A stretch of DNA of 64,000 bases, taken from Tequatrovirus BCH953P2. The stretch lies in sequence record OZ035785.1. One strand, 5' to 3'. The notes under the pieces are model-generated. The model did no database searches and was not told where the DNA came from. It worked only from the letters and a program-made list of their open reading frames with translations. The position numbers were made by a program, and so were the translations under genes. Below, piece after piece: positions 54,881 through 64,000 of this stretch (position 1 is its first letter; each line of letters begins with the position of its first letter).

Positions 54881-57800
54881 ATGGCCGAGATTAAAAGAAA
54901 GTTCAGAGCAGAAGATGGTCTGGACGCAGGTGGTGATAAAATAATCAACGTAGCTTTAGCTGATCGTACCGTAGGAACTGACGGTGTTAACGTTGATTAC
55001 TTAATTCAAGAAAACACAGTTCAACAATATGATCCAACTCGTGGATATTTAAAAGATTTCGTAATCATTTATGATAACCGTTTTTGGGCTGCTATAAATG
55101 ATATTCCAAAACCAGCAGGAGCTTTTAATAGCGGACGCTGGAGAGCATTACGTACCGATGCTAACTGGATTACGGTTTCATCTGGTTCATATCAATTAAA
55201 ATCCGGTGAAGCTATTTCGGTTAATACTGCAGCTGGAAATGACATCACGTTTACTTTACCATCTTCTCCAATTGATGGTGATACTATCGTTCTCCAAGAT
55301 ATTGGAGGAAAACCCGGAGTTAACCAAGTTTTAATTGTAGCTCCAGTACAAAGTATTGTAAACTTTAGAGGTGAACAAGTACGTTCAGTACTAATGACTC
55401 ATCCAAAGTCACAGCTAGTTTTAATTTTTAGTAATCGTCTGTGGCAAATGTATGTTGCTGATTATAGTAGAGAAGCTGTAATTGTAACACCAGCGAATAC
55501 TTATCAAGCACAATCAAACGATTTTATCGTACGTAGATTTACTTCTGCTGCACCGATTAATATTAAACTTCCAAGATTTGCTAATCATGGCGATATTATT
55601 AATTTCGTCGATTTAGATAAACTAAATCCGCTTTATCATACAATTGTTACTACATACGATGAAACGACTTCAATACAAGAAGTTGGAACTCATTCCATTG
55701 AAGGCCGTACAACAATTGACGGTTTCTTGATGTTTGATGATAATGAGAAATTGTGGAGATTGTTTGACGGGGATAGTAAAGCGCGTTTACGCATTATAAC
55801 GACTAATTCTAATATTCGTCCAAATGAAGAAGTTATGGTATTTGGTGCGAATAACGGAACAACTCAAACAATTGAGCTTAAGCTTCCAACTAATATTTCT
55901 GTTGGTGATACTGTTAAAATTTCCATGAATTACATGAGAAAAGGACAAACAGTTAAAATCAAAGCTGCTGATGAAGATAAAATTGCTTCTTCAGTTCAAT
56001 TGCTGCAATTCCCAAAACGCTCAGAATATCCGCCTGAAGCTGAGTGGGTTACAGTCCAAGAATTAGTTTTTAATGGTGAAACTAATTATGTTCCAGTTTT
56101 AGAGCTTGCTTATATAGAAGATTCTGATGGAAAATACTGGGTTGTACAGCAAAACGTTCCAACCGTAGAAAGAGTAGATTCTTTAAATGATTCTACTAGA
56201 GCAAGATTAGGCGTAATTGCTTTAGCTACACAAGCTCAAGCTAATGTCGATTTAGAAAATTCTCCACAAAAAGAATTAGCAATTACTCCAGAAACGTTAG
56301 CTAATCGTACTGCTACTGAAACTCGCAGAGGTATTGCAAGAATAGCAACTACTGCTCAAGTGAATCAGAACACCACATTCTCTTTTGCTGATGATATTAT
56401 CATCACTCCTAAAAAGCTGAATGAAAGAACTGCTACTGAAACTCGCAGAGGTGTCGCTGAAATTGCTACGCAGCAGGAAACTAATACAGGTACTGATGAT
56501 ACTACAATCATCACTCCTAAAAAGCTTCAAGCTCGTCAAGGTTCTGAATCATTATCTGGTATTGTAACTTTTGTATCTACTGCAGGTGCTACTCCAGCTT
56601 CTAGCCGTGAATTAAATGGTACGAATGTTTATAATAAAAACACTAATAATTTAGTTGTTTCACCTAAAGCTTTGGATCAGTATAAAGCTACGCCTACTCA
56701 ACAGGGTGCAGTAATTTTAGCAGTTGAAAGTGAAGTAATTGCTGGACAAAGTCAGCAAGGATGGGCAAATGCTGTTGTAACGCCAGAAACGTTACATAAA
56801 AAGACATCAACTGATGGAAGAATTGGTTTAATTGAAATTGCTACGCAAAGTGAAGTTAATACAGGAACTGATTATACTCGTGCAGTCACTCCTAAAACTT
56901 TAAATGACCGTAAAGCAACTGAAAGTTTAAGTGGTATAGCTGAAATTGCTACACAAGTTGAATTCGACGCAGGCGTCGACGATACTCGTATCTCTACACC
57001 ATTAAAAATTAAAACTAGATTTAATAGTACTGATCGTACTTCTGTTGTTGCTCTATCTGGATTAGTTGAATCAGGAACTCTCTGGGACCATTATACCCTT
57101 AATATTCTTGAAGCAAATGAGACACAGCGTGGTACACTTCGTGTAGCTACACAAGTTGAAGCTGCTGCAGGAACATTAGATAATGTTTTAATAACTCCTA
57201 AAAAGCTTTTAGGTACTAAATCTACCGAATCGCAAGAAGGTGTTATTAAAGTTGCAACTCAGTCTGAAACTGTGACTGGAACGTCAGCAAATACTGCTGT
57301 ATCTCCAAAAAATTTAAAATGGATTGTGCAGAGTGAACCTACTTGGGCAGCTACTACTGCAATAAGAGGTTTTGTTAAAACTTCATCTGGTTCAATTACA
57401 TTCGTTGGTAATGATACAGTTGGTTCTACCCAAGATTTAGAACTGTATGAGAAAAATAGCTATGCGGTATCACCATATGAATTAAACCGTGTATTAGCAA
57501 ATTATTTGCCATTAAAAGCAAAAGCTGCTGATACAAATTTATTGGATGGTCTAGATTCATCTCAATTCATTCGTAGGGATATTGCACAGACGGTTAATGG
57601 TTCACTAACCTTAACTCAACAAACGAATCTGAGTGCCCCTCTTGTATCATCTAGTACTGCTACGTTTGGCGGATCAGTTTCGGCAAACAGCACATTAACT
57701 ATTTCTAATACTGGAACGGCAACTCGTCTGATTTTTGAGAAAGGACCTCAAACTGGAACTAACCCAGTACAGACGATGACTATCAGAGTTTGGGGAAATC

Positions 57801-58750
57801 AGTTTGGTGGCGGTTCAGATACAACACGTTCTACTGTATTTGAAGTTGGTGATGAAACGTCTAATCACTTTTATTCTCAACGCAATAAAGCTGGGAATAT
57901 AACGTTTAGTATCAATGGTACTGTAATGCCAATAAATGTTAATGCTTCGGGTTCTTTGAATGCGAACGGCGTTGCAACATTTGGTAGTTCAGTTACAGCC
58001 AATGGCGAATTCATCAGCAAGTCTGCAAATGCTTTCAGAGCAATAAATGGCGACTATGGATTCTTTATTCGCAATGATGCTGCTAACACCTATTTTATGC
58101 TTACTGCATCGGGTGATCAGACTGGCGGATTTAATGGATTACGTCCTTTAGCTATTAATAATGCATCTGGTCAAGTAACGATTGGTGAAAGCTTAATCAT
58201 TGCCAAAGGTGCTACTATAAATTCAGGTGGTTTAACTGTTAACTCGAGAATTCGTTCTCAGGGCACTAAAACATCTGACTTATATACCCGTGCGCCAACA
58301 TCTGATACTGTAGGATTCTGGTCAATCGATATTAACGATTCAGCCACTTATAACCAGTTCCCGGGTTATTTTAAAATGGTTGAAAAAACTAATGAAGTGA
58401 CTGGGCTTCCATACTTAGAACGTGGAGAAGAAGTTAAATCTCCTGGTACACTGACTCAGTTTGGTAACACACTTGATTCGCTTTACCAAGATTGGATTAC
58501 TTATCCAACGACACCAGAAGCGCGTACCACTCGCTGGACACGTACATGGCAGAAAACCAAAAACTCTTGGTCAAGTTTTGTTCAGGTATTTGACGGAGGT
58601 AACCCTCCTCAACCATCTGATATCGGTGCTTTACCATCTGATAATGCTACAATGGGCAATCTTACTATTCGTGATTTCTTACGAATTGGTAATGTTCGCA
58701 TTGTTCCTGACCCAGTGAATAAATCTGTTAAATTTGAATGGGTTGAATAA
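54881..58750 (+). CDS. 34: Long tail fibre proximal subunit gp34
   Basis: 1289-aa ORF, same length as T4 gp34; internal repeated motifs (ETRRGIARIATTAQ, ETRRGVAEIATQQE, GLIEIATQSE and similar); late promoter upstream. Confidence 0.96.
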   Translation: MAEIKRKFRAEDGLDAGGDKIINVALADRTVGTDGVNVDYLIQENTVQQYDPTRGYLKDFVIIYDNRFWAAINDIPKPAGAFNSGRWRALRTDANWITVSSGSYQLKSGEAISVNTAAGNDITFTLPSSPIDGDTIVLQDIGGKPGVNQVLIVAPVQSIVNFRGEQVRSVLMTHPKSQLVLIFSNRLWQMYVADYSREAVIVTPANTYQAQSNDFIVRRFTSAAPINIKLPRFANHGDIINFVDLDKLNPLYHTIVTTYDETTSIQEVGTHSIEGRTTIDGFLMFDDNEKLWRLFDGDSKARLRIITTNSNIRPNEEVMVFGANNGTTQTIELKLPTNISVGDTVKISMNYMRKGQTVKIKAADEDKIASSVQLLQFPKRSEYPPEAEWVTVQELVFNGETNYVPVLELAYIEDSDGKYWVVQQNVPTVERVDSLNDSTRARLGVIALATQAQANVDLENSPQKELAITPETLANRTATETRRGIARIATTAQVNQNTTFSFADDIIITPKKLNERTATETRRGVAEIATQQETNTGTDDTTIITPKKLQARQGSESLSGIVTFVSTAGATPASSRELNGTNVYNKNTNNLVVSPKALDQYKATPTQQGAVILAVESEVIAGQSQQGWANAVVTPETLHKKTSTDGRIGLIEIATQSEVNTGTDYTRAVTPKTLNDRKATESLSGIAEIATQVEFDAGVDDTRISTPLKIKTRFNSTDRTSVVALSGLVESGTLWDHYTLNILEANETQRGTLRVATQVEAAAGTLDNVLITPKKLLGTKSTESQEGVIKVATQSETVTGTSANTAVSPKNLKWIVQSEPTWAATTAIRGFVKTSSGSITFVGNDTVGSTQDLELYEKNSYAVSPYELNRVLANYLPLKAKAADTNLLDGLDSSQFIRRDIAQTVNGSLTLTQQTNLSAPLVSSSTATFGGSVSANSTLTISNTGTATRLIFEKGPQTGTNPVQTMTIRVWGNQFGGGSDTTRSTVFEVGDETSNHFYSQRNKAGNITFSINGTVMPINVNASGSLNANGVATFGSSVTANGEFISKSANAFRAINGDYGFFIRNDAANTYFMLTASGDQTGGFNGLRPLAINNASGQVTIGESLIIAKGATINSGGLTVNSRIRSQGTKTSDLYTRAPTSDTVGFWSIDINDSATYNQFPGYFKMVEKTNEVTGLPYLERGEEVKSPGTLTQFGNTLDSLYQDWITYPTTPEARTTRWTRTWQKTKNSWSSFVQVFDGGNPPQPSDIGALPSDNATMGNLTIRDFLRIGNVRIVPDPVNKSVKFEWVE

Positions 58751-58758
58751 GAGGTATT

Positions 58759-59874
58759 ATGGAAAAATTTATGGCAGAGTTTGGACAAGGATATGTCCAA
58801 ACGCCATTTTTATCGGAAAGTAATTCAGTAAGATACAAAATAAGTATAGCGGGTTCTTGCCCGCTTTCTACTGCAGGACCATATGTTAAATTTCAAGATA
58901 ATCCTGTCGGAAGTCAAACATTTAGCACAGGTCTTCATTTAAGAGTTTTTGACCCTTCCACAGGAGCATTAGTTGATAGTAAGTCATATGCTTTTTCGAC
59001 TTCAAATGATACTACATCAGCTGCTTTTGTTAGTTTCATGAATTCTTTGACGAATAATCGAATTGTTGCTATATTAACTAGCGGAAAGGTTAATTTTCCT
59101 CCTGAAGTAGTATCTTGGTTAAGAACAGCAGGAACGTCTGCCTTTCCATCTGACTCTATATTGTCAAGATTTGACGTATCATATGCTGCTTTTTATACTT
59201 CTTCTAAAAGAGCTATTGCATTAGAGCATGTTAAACTGAGTAATAGAAAAAGCACAGATGATTATCAAACTATTTTAGATGTTGTATTTGACAGTTTAGA
59301 AGACGTCGGAGCTACCGGGTTTCCAAGAAGAACGTACGAAAGCGTTGAGCAATTTATGTCAGCGGTTGGTGGAACTAATAACGAAATTGCGCGATTGCCA
59401 ACTTCAGCTGCTATAAGTAAATTATCCGATTATAATTTAATTCCTGGTGATGTTCTTTATCTTAAAACACAGCTATACGCCGATGCTGATTTACTTGCTC
59501 TTGGAACTACAAATATATCTATCCGTTTTTATAATGCATCAAATGGATATATTTCCTCGACACAAGCTGAGTTTACTGGGCAAGCTGGATCTTGGGAATT
59601 AAAGGAAGATTATGTAGTTGTTCCAGAAAACGCTGTAGGATTTACGATATATGCACAAAGAACTGCACAAGCTGGCCAAGGTGGCATGAGAAATTTAAGC
59701 TTTTCTGAAGTGTCAAGAAATGGTAGTATTTCGAAACCCGCTGAATTTGGCGTCAATGGTATTCGTGTTAATTATATCTGTGAATCCGCTTCACCTCCGG
59801 ATATAATGGTACTTCCTACACAAGCATCGTCTAAAACTGGTAAAGTGTTTGGACAAGAATTTAGAGAAGTATAA
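58759..59874 (+). CDS. 35: Long tail fibre hinge (knee) protein gp35
   Basis: 371-aa ORF with ATG and GAGG SD; position between 34 and 36. Confidence 0.92.
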   Translation: MEKFMAEFGQGYVQTPFLSESNSVRYKISIAGSCPLSTAGPYVKFQDNPVGSQTFSTGLHLRVFDPSTGALVDSKSYAFSTSNDTTSAAFVSFMNSLTNNRIVAILTSGKVNFPPEVVSWLRTAGTSAFPSDSILSRFDVSYAAFYTSSKRAIALEHVKLSNRKSTDDYQTILDVVFDSLEDVGATGFPRRTYESVEQFMSAVGGTNNEIARLPTSAAISKLSDYNLIPGDVLYLKTQLYADADLLALGTTNISIRFYNASNGYISSTQAEFTGQAGSWELKEDYVVVPENAVGFTIYAQRTAQAGQGGMRNLSFSEVSRNGSISKPAEFGVNGIRVNYICESASPPDIMVLPTQASSKTGKVFGQEFREV

Positions 59875-59880
59875 ATTGAG

Positions 59881-59903
59881 GGAGCCTTCGGGTTCCCTTT
59901 TTC
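59881..59903 (+). terminator. Intrinsic terminator after gene 35
   Basis: GGAGCC-TTCG-GGTTCC followed by CTTTTTC. Confidence 0.7.
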
Positions 59904-59905
59904 TT

Positions 59906-59913
59906 TATAAATA
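59906..59913 (+). promoter_or_regulatory. T4-type late promoter for gene 36
   Basis: Exact TATAAATA 23 nt upstream of the gene 36 ATG. Confidence 0.7.
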
Positions 59914-59936
59914 CTATTAAAATAAAGGGGCATACA

Positions 59937-60626
59937 ATGGCTGATTTAAAAGTAGGTTCAACAACTGGAGGCTCTGTCATTTGGCATCAAGGAAATTTTC
60001 CATTGAATCCAGCCGGTGACGATGTACTCTATAAATCATTTAAAATATATTCAGAATATAACAAACCACAGGCAGCTGATAACGATTTCGTTTCTAAAGC
60101 TAATGGTGGCACAGATTCTCAAGGTTTCCAAAAAGAAGTAGAATTTAAAAAAGGTGTTAAGATTTCTACAACGTTTTCTGGCGGTTCAAACCTGAATGGG
60201 TTATATTCTGGCAATGGAGATGGAGCTTCCAGAGAAAAAGCTAACATGGATTTACATTCATGGTACGGCATTGGTATTTGGAACTCATGCACAGGTGATG
60301 GGATCCAGGGACGCACAATCTGGTTTAATGCCAGGCGTGGTACAGTTGAAACAGTTGGCGATATTGTTTCAAGCCGACAAGTTATTTCTAATGCTTCAGG
60401 ACCGACCGGCCCAGCACACTTAACTCGTAAAGATTATGTTGATGGAGCAATAAATACTGTTATGGCAAATGCAAACTCTAGAGTGTTGCGTTCTGGCGAC
60501 ACTATGACAGGTAATTTAACGGCGCCAAACTTTTTCTCACAGAATCCTGCATCTCAACCTTCACATGTTCCACGATTTGACCAAATCGTAATTAAGGATT
60601 CTGTTCAAGATTTCGGCTATTATTAA
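59937..60626 (+). CDS. 36: Long tail fibre distal connector gp36
   Basis: 229-aa ORF; late promoter TATAAATA upstream; position between 35 and 37. Confidence 0.9.
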   Translation: MADLKVGSTTGGSVIWHQGNFPLNPAGDDVLYKSFKIYSEYNKPQAADNDFVSKANGGTDSQGFQKEVEFKKGVKISTTFSGGSNLNGLYSGNGDGASREKANMDLHSWYGIGIWNSCTGDGIQGRTIWFNARRGTVETVGDIVSSRQVISNASGPTGPAHLTRKDYVDGAINTVMANANSRVLRSGDTMTGNLTAPNFFSQNPASQPSHVPRFDQIVIKDSVQDFGYY

Positions 60627-60634
60627 GAGGACTT

Positions 60635-63600
60635 ATGGCTACTTTAAAACAAATACAATTTAAAAGAAGCAAAACCGCAGGTGCACGTCCTGCTGCTTCA
60701 GTATTAGCCGAAGGTGAATTGGCTATAAACTTAAAAGATAGAACAATTTTTACTAAAGATGATTCAGGAAATATCATTGATCTAGGTATTGCTAAAGGCG
60801 GCCAGGTTGATGGTGATGTAACTATCAACGGTAAATTAACATTAAATGGCGCGTATGTTCAGACGCTGGCTGGTATTAATACTACGGGTGGTATTAATTC
60901 TGGAGCCGCTATAAGTGCAACAACTTATTATGCTCGGTCTGGTTCTTTTTATGCTCGTGCTCCAGATGCCAATGCGAATACACATGTTTGGTTTGAAAAT
61001 AACAATGGTATAGAACGTGGTGTGATTTGGGCTGTTCCGAACACTTCAGACCTAGGCTCGGTACGTATTCGAGCAAAAACTGCAGGTGGTGTTTTTGCTG
61101 GCGAGTACAGTTTCCGCTCTGACGGCCAATTTGATGTTCCTGTAGCAGTTAAAATCGGCGGAGCAGCGATGCTAACCAAAGATGGCAACATTACCTCTGG
61201 TTCTATGTTTGGCGGTAACCTTAACAACTATTTGACTTCTATTAAAAATGACATTGTTGCCGGTGATAATAAGAAAGTAAGTAAAACCGGTGACACGATG
61301 TCCGGTAACTTGACTATTAACGCTAACTTAAAAGTCGAAAACTCTAATGGAACGTTTGTTGATTTAGGTTCAGAGAACTCTGATAAGTATAGCAGATTAA
61401 CTCTTGCTCGTAAAATTGGCGATGGCGCTGGTGTAGCAATGCTTAAAGTTACTCCTGAAGGAAACGTGCAATTTGGTTATCAATCTACAGTTGCTACTCC
61501 ATCTCCTACCAAGTATATTCTAATTAAACCTAAGGGTCTTGAAGTAGAAGGTGATTTAGTTTTTAAGCAAACTTATCGTGGTGTTGAAGAAGCATTTGAT
61601 ATTACTGATCAGACTATTGACCTTAATAGCCTTATTATTAGAGCATCAGATTTAGGTACTCGTAAGCTGTATAAATGCAGATCATCTGGAGGTGGTTCTA
61701 ATATATTGAACAAACCTACATCTGACGGCAACTTTACTCTTGAAGTTCTGTCTTTACGCAAGGTTTCTGATACCGATTGGTCATGTAAGCAGACCTTTAC
61801 TACAAAGAACAATAATGTTGTAGGCGTATATGTTCGCTACGGGCAAGGCGGCTCATGGTCTGCATGGCAAGAAGTTGTATCTGGCGTTCAGCCAATTAAT
61901 TTAGGTGGTACTGGAGCAACTTCTGCAGCTGCTGCCCGTAATAACCTTGGTGTTGGTGCAGGCCAAACTGTAACATTCGGTAATTTAGTTACCACCGATT
62001 TAACCGTAAATGGAAATGCTAGATTAGTCGGAAGACTGAACTTTGGTTCTAATTCTCAGTCGGCTGGTGTATTACGAGCCAACGAAGGTGGGGCTGTTGT
62101 TTTAGGTTCTGCAATTGGTGCAAACATCCACATCAGAGCAGGAAGCGGCGATACTTCTACAGGTGAAACTCGCTTTGAGCCAAATGGTAACGTTGTAGTT
62201 AGTGGTGCTATTACAGCATCTCGGTCTATTACAGTTAATACTGCCGCTGATGCTATTATTATTAATGCTCCAACGCAAGAGTCTTCTAACTTCATCCAAG
62301 GACGTAAAGCCAATGTTAATAAATGGTATGTGGGTATTGTCTCCGAAGGGGATATGGTACGTCTACATAACCAAGTATATTCTCACGGTATTGCATTAAA
62401 CTCTGATACTGTCGATATTACTAAGCCTCTTAAAGTTGGAAATGTCAAACTAGGAACTGATGGTAATATCACCGGTGGTTCTGGCAATTTTTCTAACTTG
62501 AACACAACATTAAACCGTAAAGTTAATGTTGGCGTATGGTCAGGTACCACTAAAACAGTAGGCTGGTACTGGTACAAATTTGCTACTGTAACAATGCCAC
62601 AATCTACATCTACCGCGCGTTTCAAAATTATCGGCGGGAATGGTTATAATGCTAATTCTCCTGAACAAGCATCTGTAAGTGAAATTGTTCTTAGAACTGG
62701 TAATAATAATCCTAAATCTATTAATGCGGTGCTGTGGTCTAGCACTAGTACCAGCCCGTCAAACATTGCTACAGTGAATACATCTGGCGATGATTATGAT
62801 GTATATGTATACATGGGCTCTTTTGCCCAATCTTTATTAGTTGAATATGATGCTACAGTGAATATTAGCAATATTTCGGTAATCGGTCTTAATGGTGCAT
62901 CTCAATCACCGGTAGAAGAATTACCTGCAGACCATGTACTTGGACACGTGTATAAGATGTATTCCGATGCTCAGATACCTTATCCGGTCGGTGCTCCAAT
63001 TCCATGGCCACGTGATTCAATTCCTGATGGATTTGCTTTAATGGAAGGCCAGACCTTTGATAAGTCTGCATATCCAAAGCTAGCTATAGCGTATCCTGGT
63101 GGTGTTATTCCTGATATGCGAGGCCAGACTATTAAGGGTAAACCGAGCGGTCGTGCTGTGTTGAGTGCTGAAGCTGATGGTATTAAGTCCCATACCCATA
63201 TTGCCTCAGCATCCACTACTGCTTTGTCTGGTACTACAAGCGCTACTGATTTAGGGACTAAAACTGTTAGTACAACAGATCTAGGCCGTAAACATACTAA
63301 CACCGCTGGTGCACATACTCATACAGTATCCGGTACAACGAGTACTGACGGTAGGCACGCACACACTGCTTCACTTGGTAACAACGCTAACGTTCAGTCC
63401 GGTAGATTTGCAGCATCCAATTCCGGTCAGACAGCAACGACATGGACAAACGAGGATGGTCTACACTCACACACGTGGTCAGGTACTACGTCAGTAGGTC
63501 CAGAGCACAGTCACTATACTGATATCGGTACACATAACCATACGGTGGCTATAGGTTCACATACTCACACGTTTTCTATTGCTGCTCATGACCATACGAT

Positions 63601-63676
63601 TACTGTAAATAGTACAGGTAATACAGAAAACACGGTTAAAAACATTGCTTTTAACTACATCGTTCGTTTAGCATAA
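60635..63676 (+). CDS. 37: Long tail fibre distal subunit gp37 (receptor-binding, His-box tip)
   Basis: 1013-aa ORF; C-terminal HxH repeats ([51 protein letters not shown]) typical of the T4-type gp37 needle domain. Confidence 0.95.
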   Translation: MATLKQIQFKRSKTAGARPAASVLAEGELAINLKDRTIFTKDDSGNIIDLGIAKGGQVDGDVTINGKLTLNGAYVQTLAGINTTGGINSGAAISATTYYARSGSFYARAPDANANTHVWFENNNGIERGVIWAVPNTSDLGSVRIRAKTAGGVFAGEYSFRSDGQFDVPVAVKIGGAAMLTKDGNITSGSMFGGNLNNYLTSIKNDIVAGDNKKVSKTGDTMSGNLTINANLKVENSNGTFVDLGSENSDKYSRLTLARKIGDGAGVAMLKVTPEGNVQFGYQSTVATPSPTKYILIKPKGLEVEGDLVFKQTYRGVEEAFDITDQTIDLNSLIIRASDLGTRKLYKCRSSGGGSNILNKPTSDGNFTLEVLSLRKVSDTDWSCKQTFTTKNNNVVGVYVRYGQGGSWSAWQEVVSGVQPINLGGTGATSAAAARNNLGVGAGQTVTFGNLVTTDLTVNGNARLVGRLNFGSNSQSAGVLRANEGGAVVLGSAIGANIHIRAGSGDTSTGETRFEPNGNVVVSGAITASRSITVNTAADAIIINAPTQESSNFIQGRKANVNKWYVGIVSEGDMVRLHNQVYSHGIALNSDTVDITKPLKVGNVKLGTDGNITGGSGNFSNLNTTLNRKVNVGVWSGTTKTVGWYWYKFATVTMPQSTSTARFKIIGGNGYNANSPEQASVSEIVLRTGNNNPKSINAVLWSSTSTSPSNIATVNTSGDDYDVYVYMGSFAQSLLVEYDATVNISNISVIGLNGASQSPVEELPADHVLGHVYKMYSDAQIPYPVGAPIPWPRDSIPDGFALMEGQTFDKSAYPKLAIAYPGGVIPDMRGQTIKGKPSGRAVLSAEADGIKSHTHIASASTTALSGTTSATDLGTKTVSTTDLGRKHTNTAGAHTHTVSGTTSTDGRHAHTASLGNNANVQSGRFAASNSGQTATTWTNEDGLHSHTWSGTTSVGPEHSHYTDIGTHNHTVAIGSHTHTFSIAAHDHTITVNSTGNTENTVKNIAFNYIVRLA

Positions 63677-63681
63677 GGAGA

Positions 63682-63695
63682 GGGGCTTCGGCCCC
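63682..63695 (+). terminator. UUCG-tetraloop hairpin after gene 37
   Basis: GGGGC-TTCG-GCCCC in the 37/38 intergenic spacer. Confidence 0.55.
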
Positions 63696-63703
63696 TTCTA
63701 AAT

Positions 63704-64000
63704 ATGAAAATCTATCATTATTATTTTGACACGAAAGAATTTTACAAAGAAGAAAATTACAAACCGATTAAAGGCATTGGTCTTCCTGCTCATTCAACAA
63801 ATAAAAAACCTTTAGATCCTAAAGAAGGATACGCAGTTGTATTTGATGAACGTACTCAGGATTGGATTTATGAAGAAGACCATCGTGGTAAACGAGCATG
63901 GACTTTTAATAAAGAAGAAATTTTTATAAGTGACATTGGAAGCCCGGTTGGTATAACCTTTGATGAGCCCGGCGAATTTGATATATGGACTGATGATGGC
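63704..64000 (+). CDS. 38: gp38 tail fibre assembly chaperone, T4 type (5' partial, runs off window)
   Basis: Hand translation from ATG 63704 gives MKIYHYYFDTKEFYKEENYKPIKGIGLPAHSTNKKPLDPKEGYAVVFDERTQDWIYEEDHRGKRAWTFNKEEIF..., matching the T4 gp38 N-terminus as recalled; truncated by the window end. Confidence 0.85.
   Translation, partial: MKIYHYYFDTKEFYKEENYKPIKGIGLPAHSTNKKPLDPKEGYAVVFDERTQDWIYEEDHRGKRAWTFNKEEIFISDIGSPVGITFDEPGEFDIWTDDG

Noticed and set aside
63300-63620. Periodic CAC/CAT-rich sequence at the 3' end of gene 37
   Set aside because: It encodes the His-box (HxH) repeats of the gp37 needle domain, not a non-coding repeat

Overview
This window reads as a contiguous block of a T4-like (T-even, Tequatrovirus-type) phage genome, running from the terminase genes 16/17 to the start of tail-fibre gene 38. 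Nearly every ORF matches a T4 protein in order, length and motifs, recognised by reading the translations; no database search was run. Left to right: terminase (16, 17), tail sheath and tube (18, 19), portal and head morphogenesis (20, 67, 68, 21, 22, 23, 24), rnlB, hoc, inh, uvsW, uvsY, baseplate (25, 26, 51, 27, 28, 29, 48, 54), then a long minus-strand early region (alt paralogs, DNA ligase 30, small 30.x ORFs, rIII, 31, cd, pseT, spanins, alc, rnlA, denA, nrdB, nrdA, td, frd, 32, 59, 33, dsbA, rnh), then long tail fibre genes 34-37 and the 5' part of 38. Late promoters (TATAAATA) and UUCG-tetraloop terminator hairpins sit where expected. No tRNA, rRNA, CRISPR array, integrase or transposon was found. 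I do not see a clearly novel multi-gene system. The parts that differ from the T4 layout as I recall it are: an HNH endonuclease gene inserted between genes 18 and 19; two full-length tandem Alt ADP-ribosyltransferase paralogs; a NADAR-like ORF next to a HAD-like ORF just downstream of ligase; a 115-aa ORF between frd and td; uninterrupted td and nrdB with no mobE, segG or segE at their T4 positions; and a 54-bp promoter/leader module repeated exactly 15.4 kb apart. Several ORF-track starts use TTG and were moved to a downstream ATG/GTG with a Shine-Dalgarno sequence.
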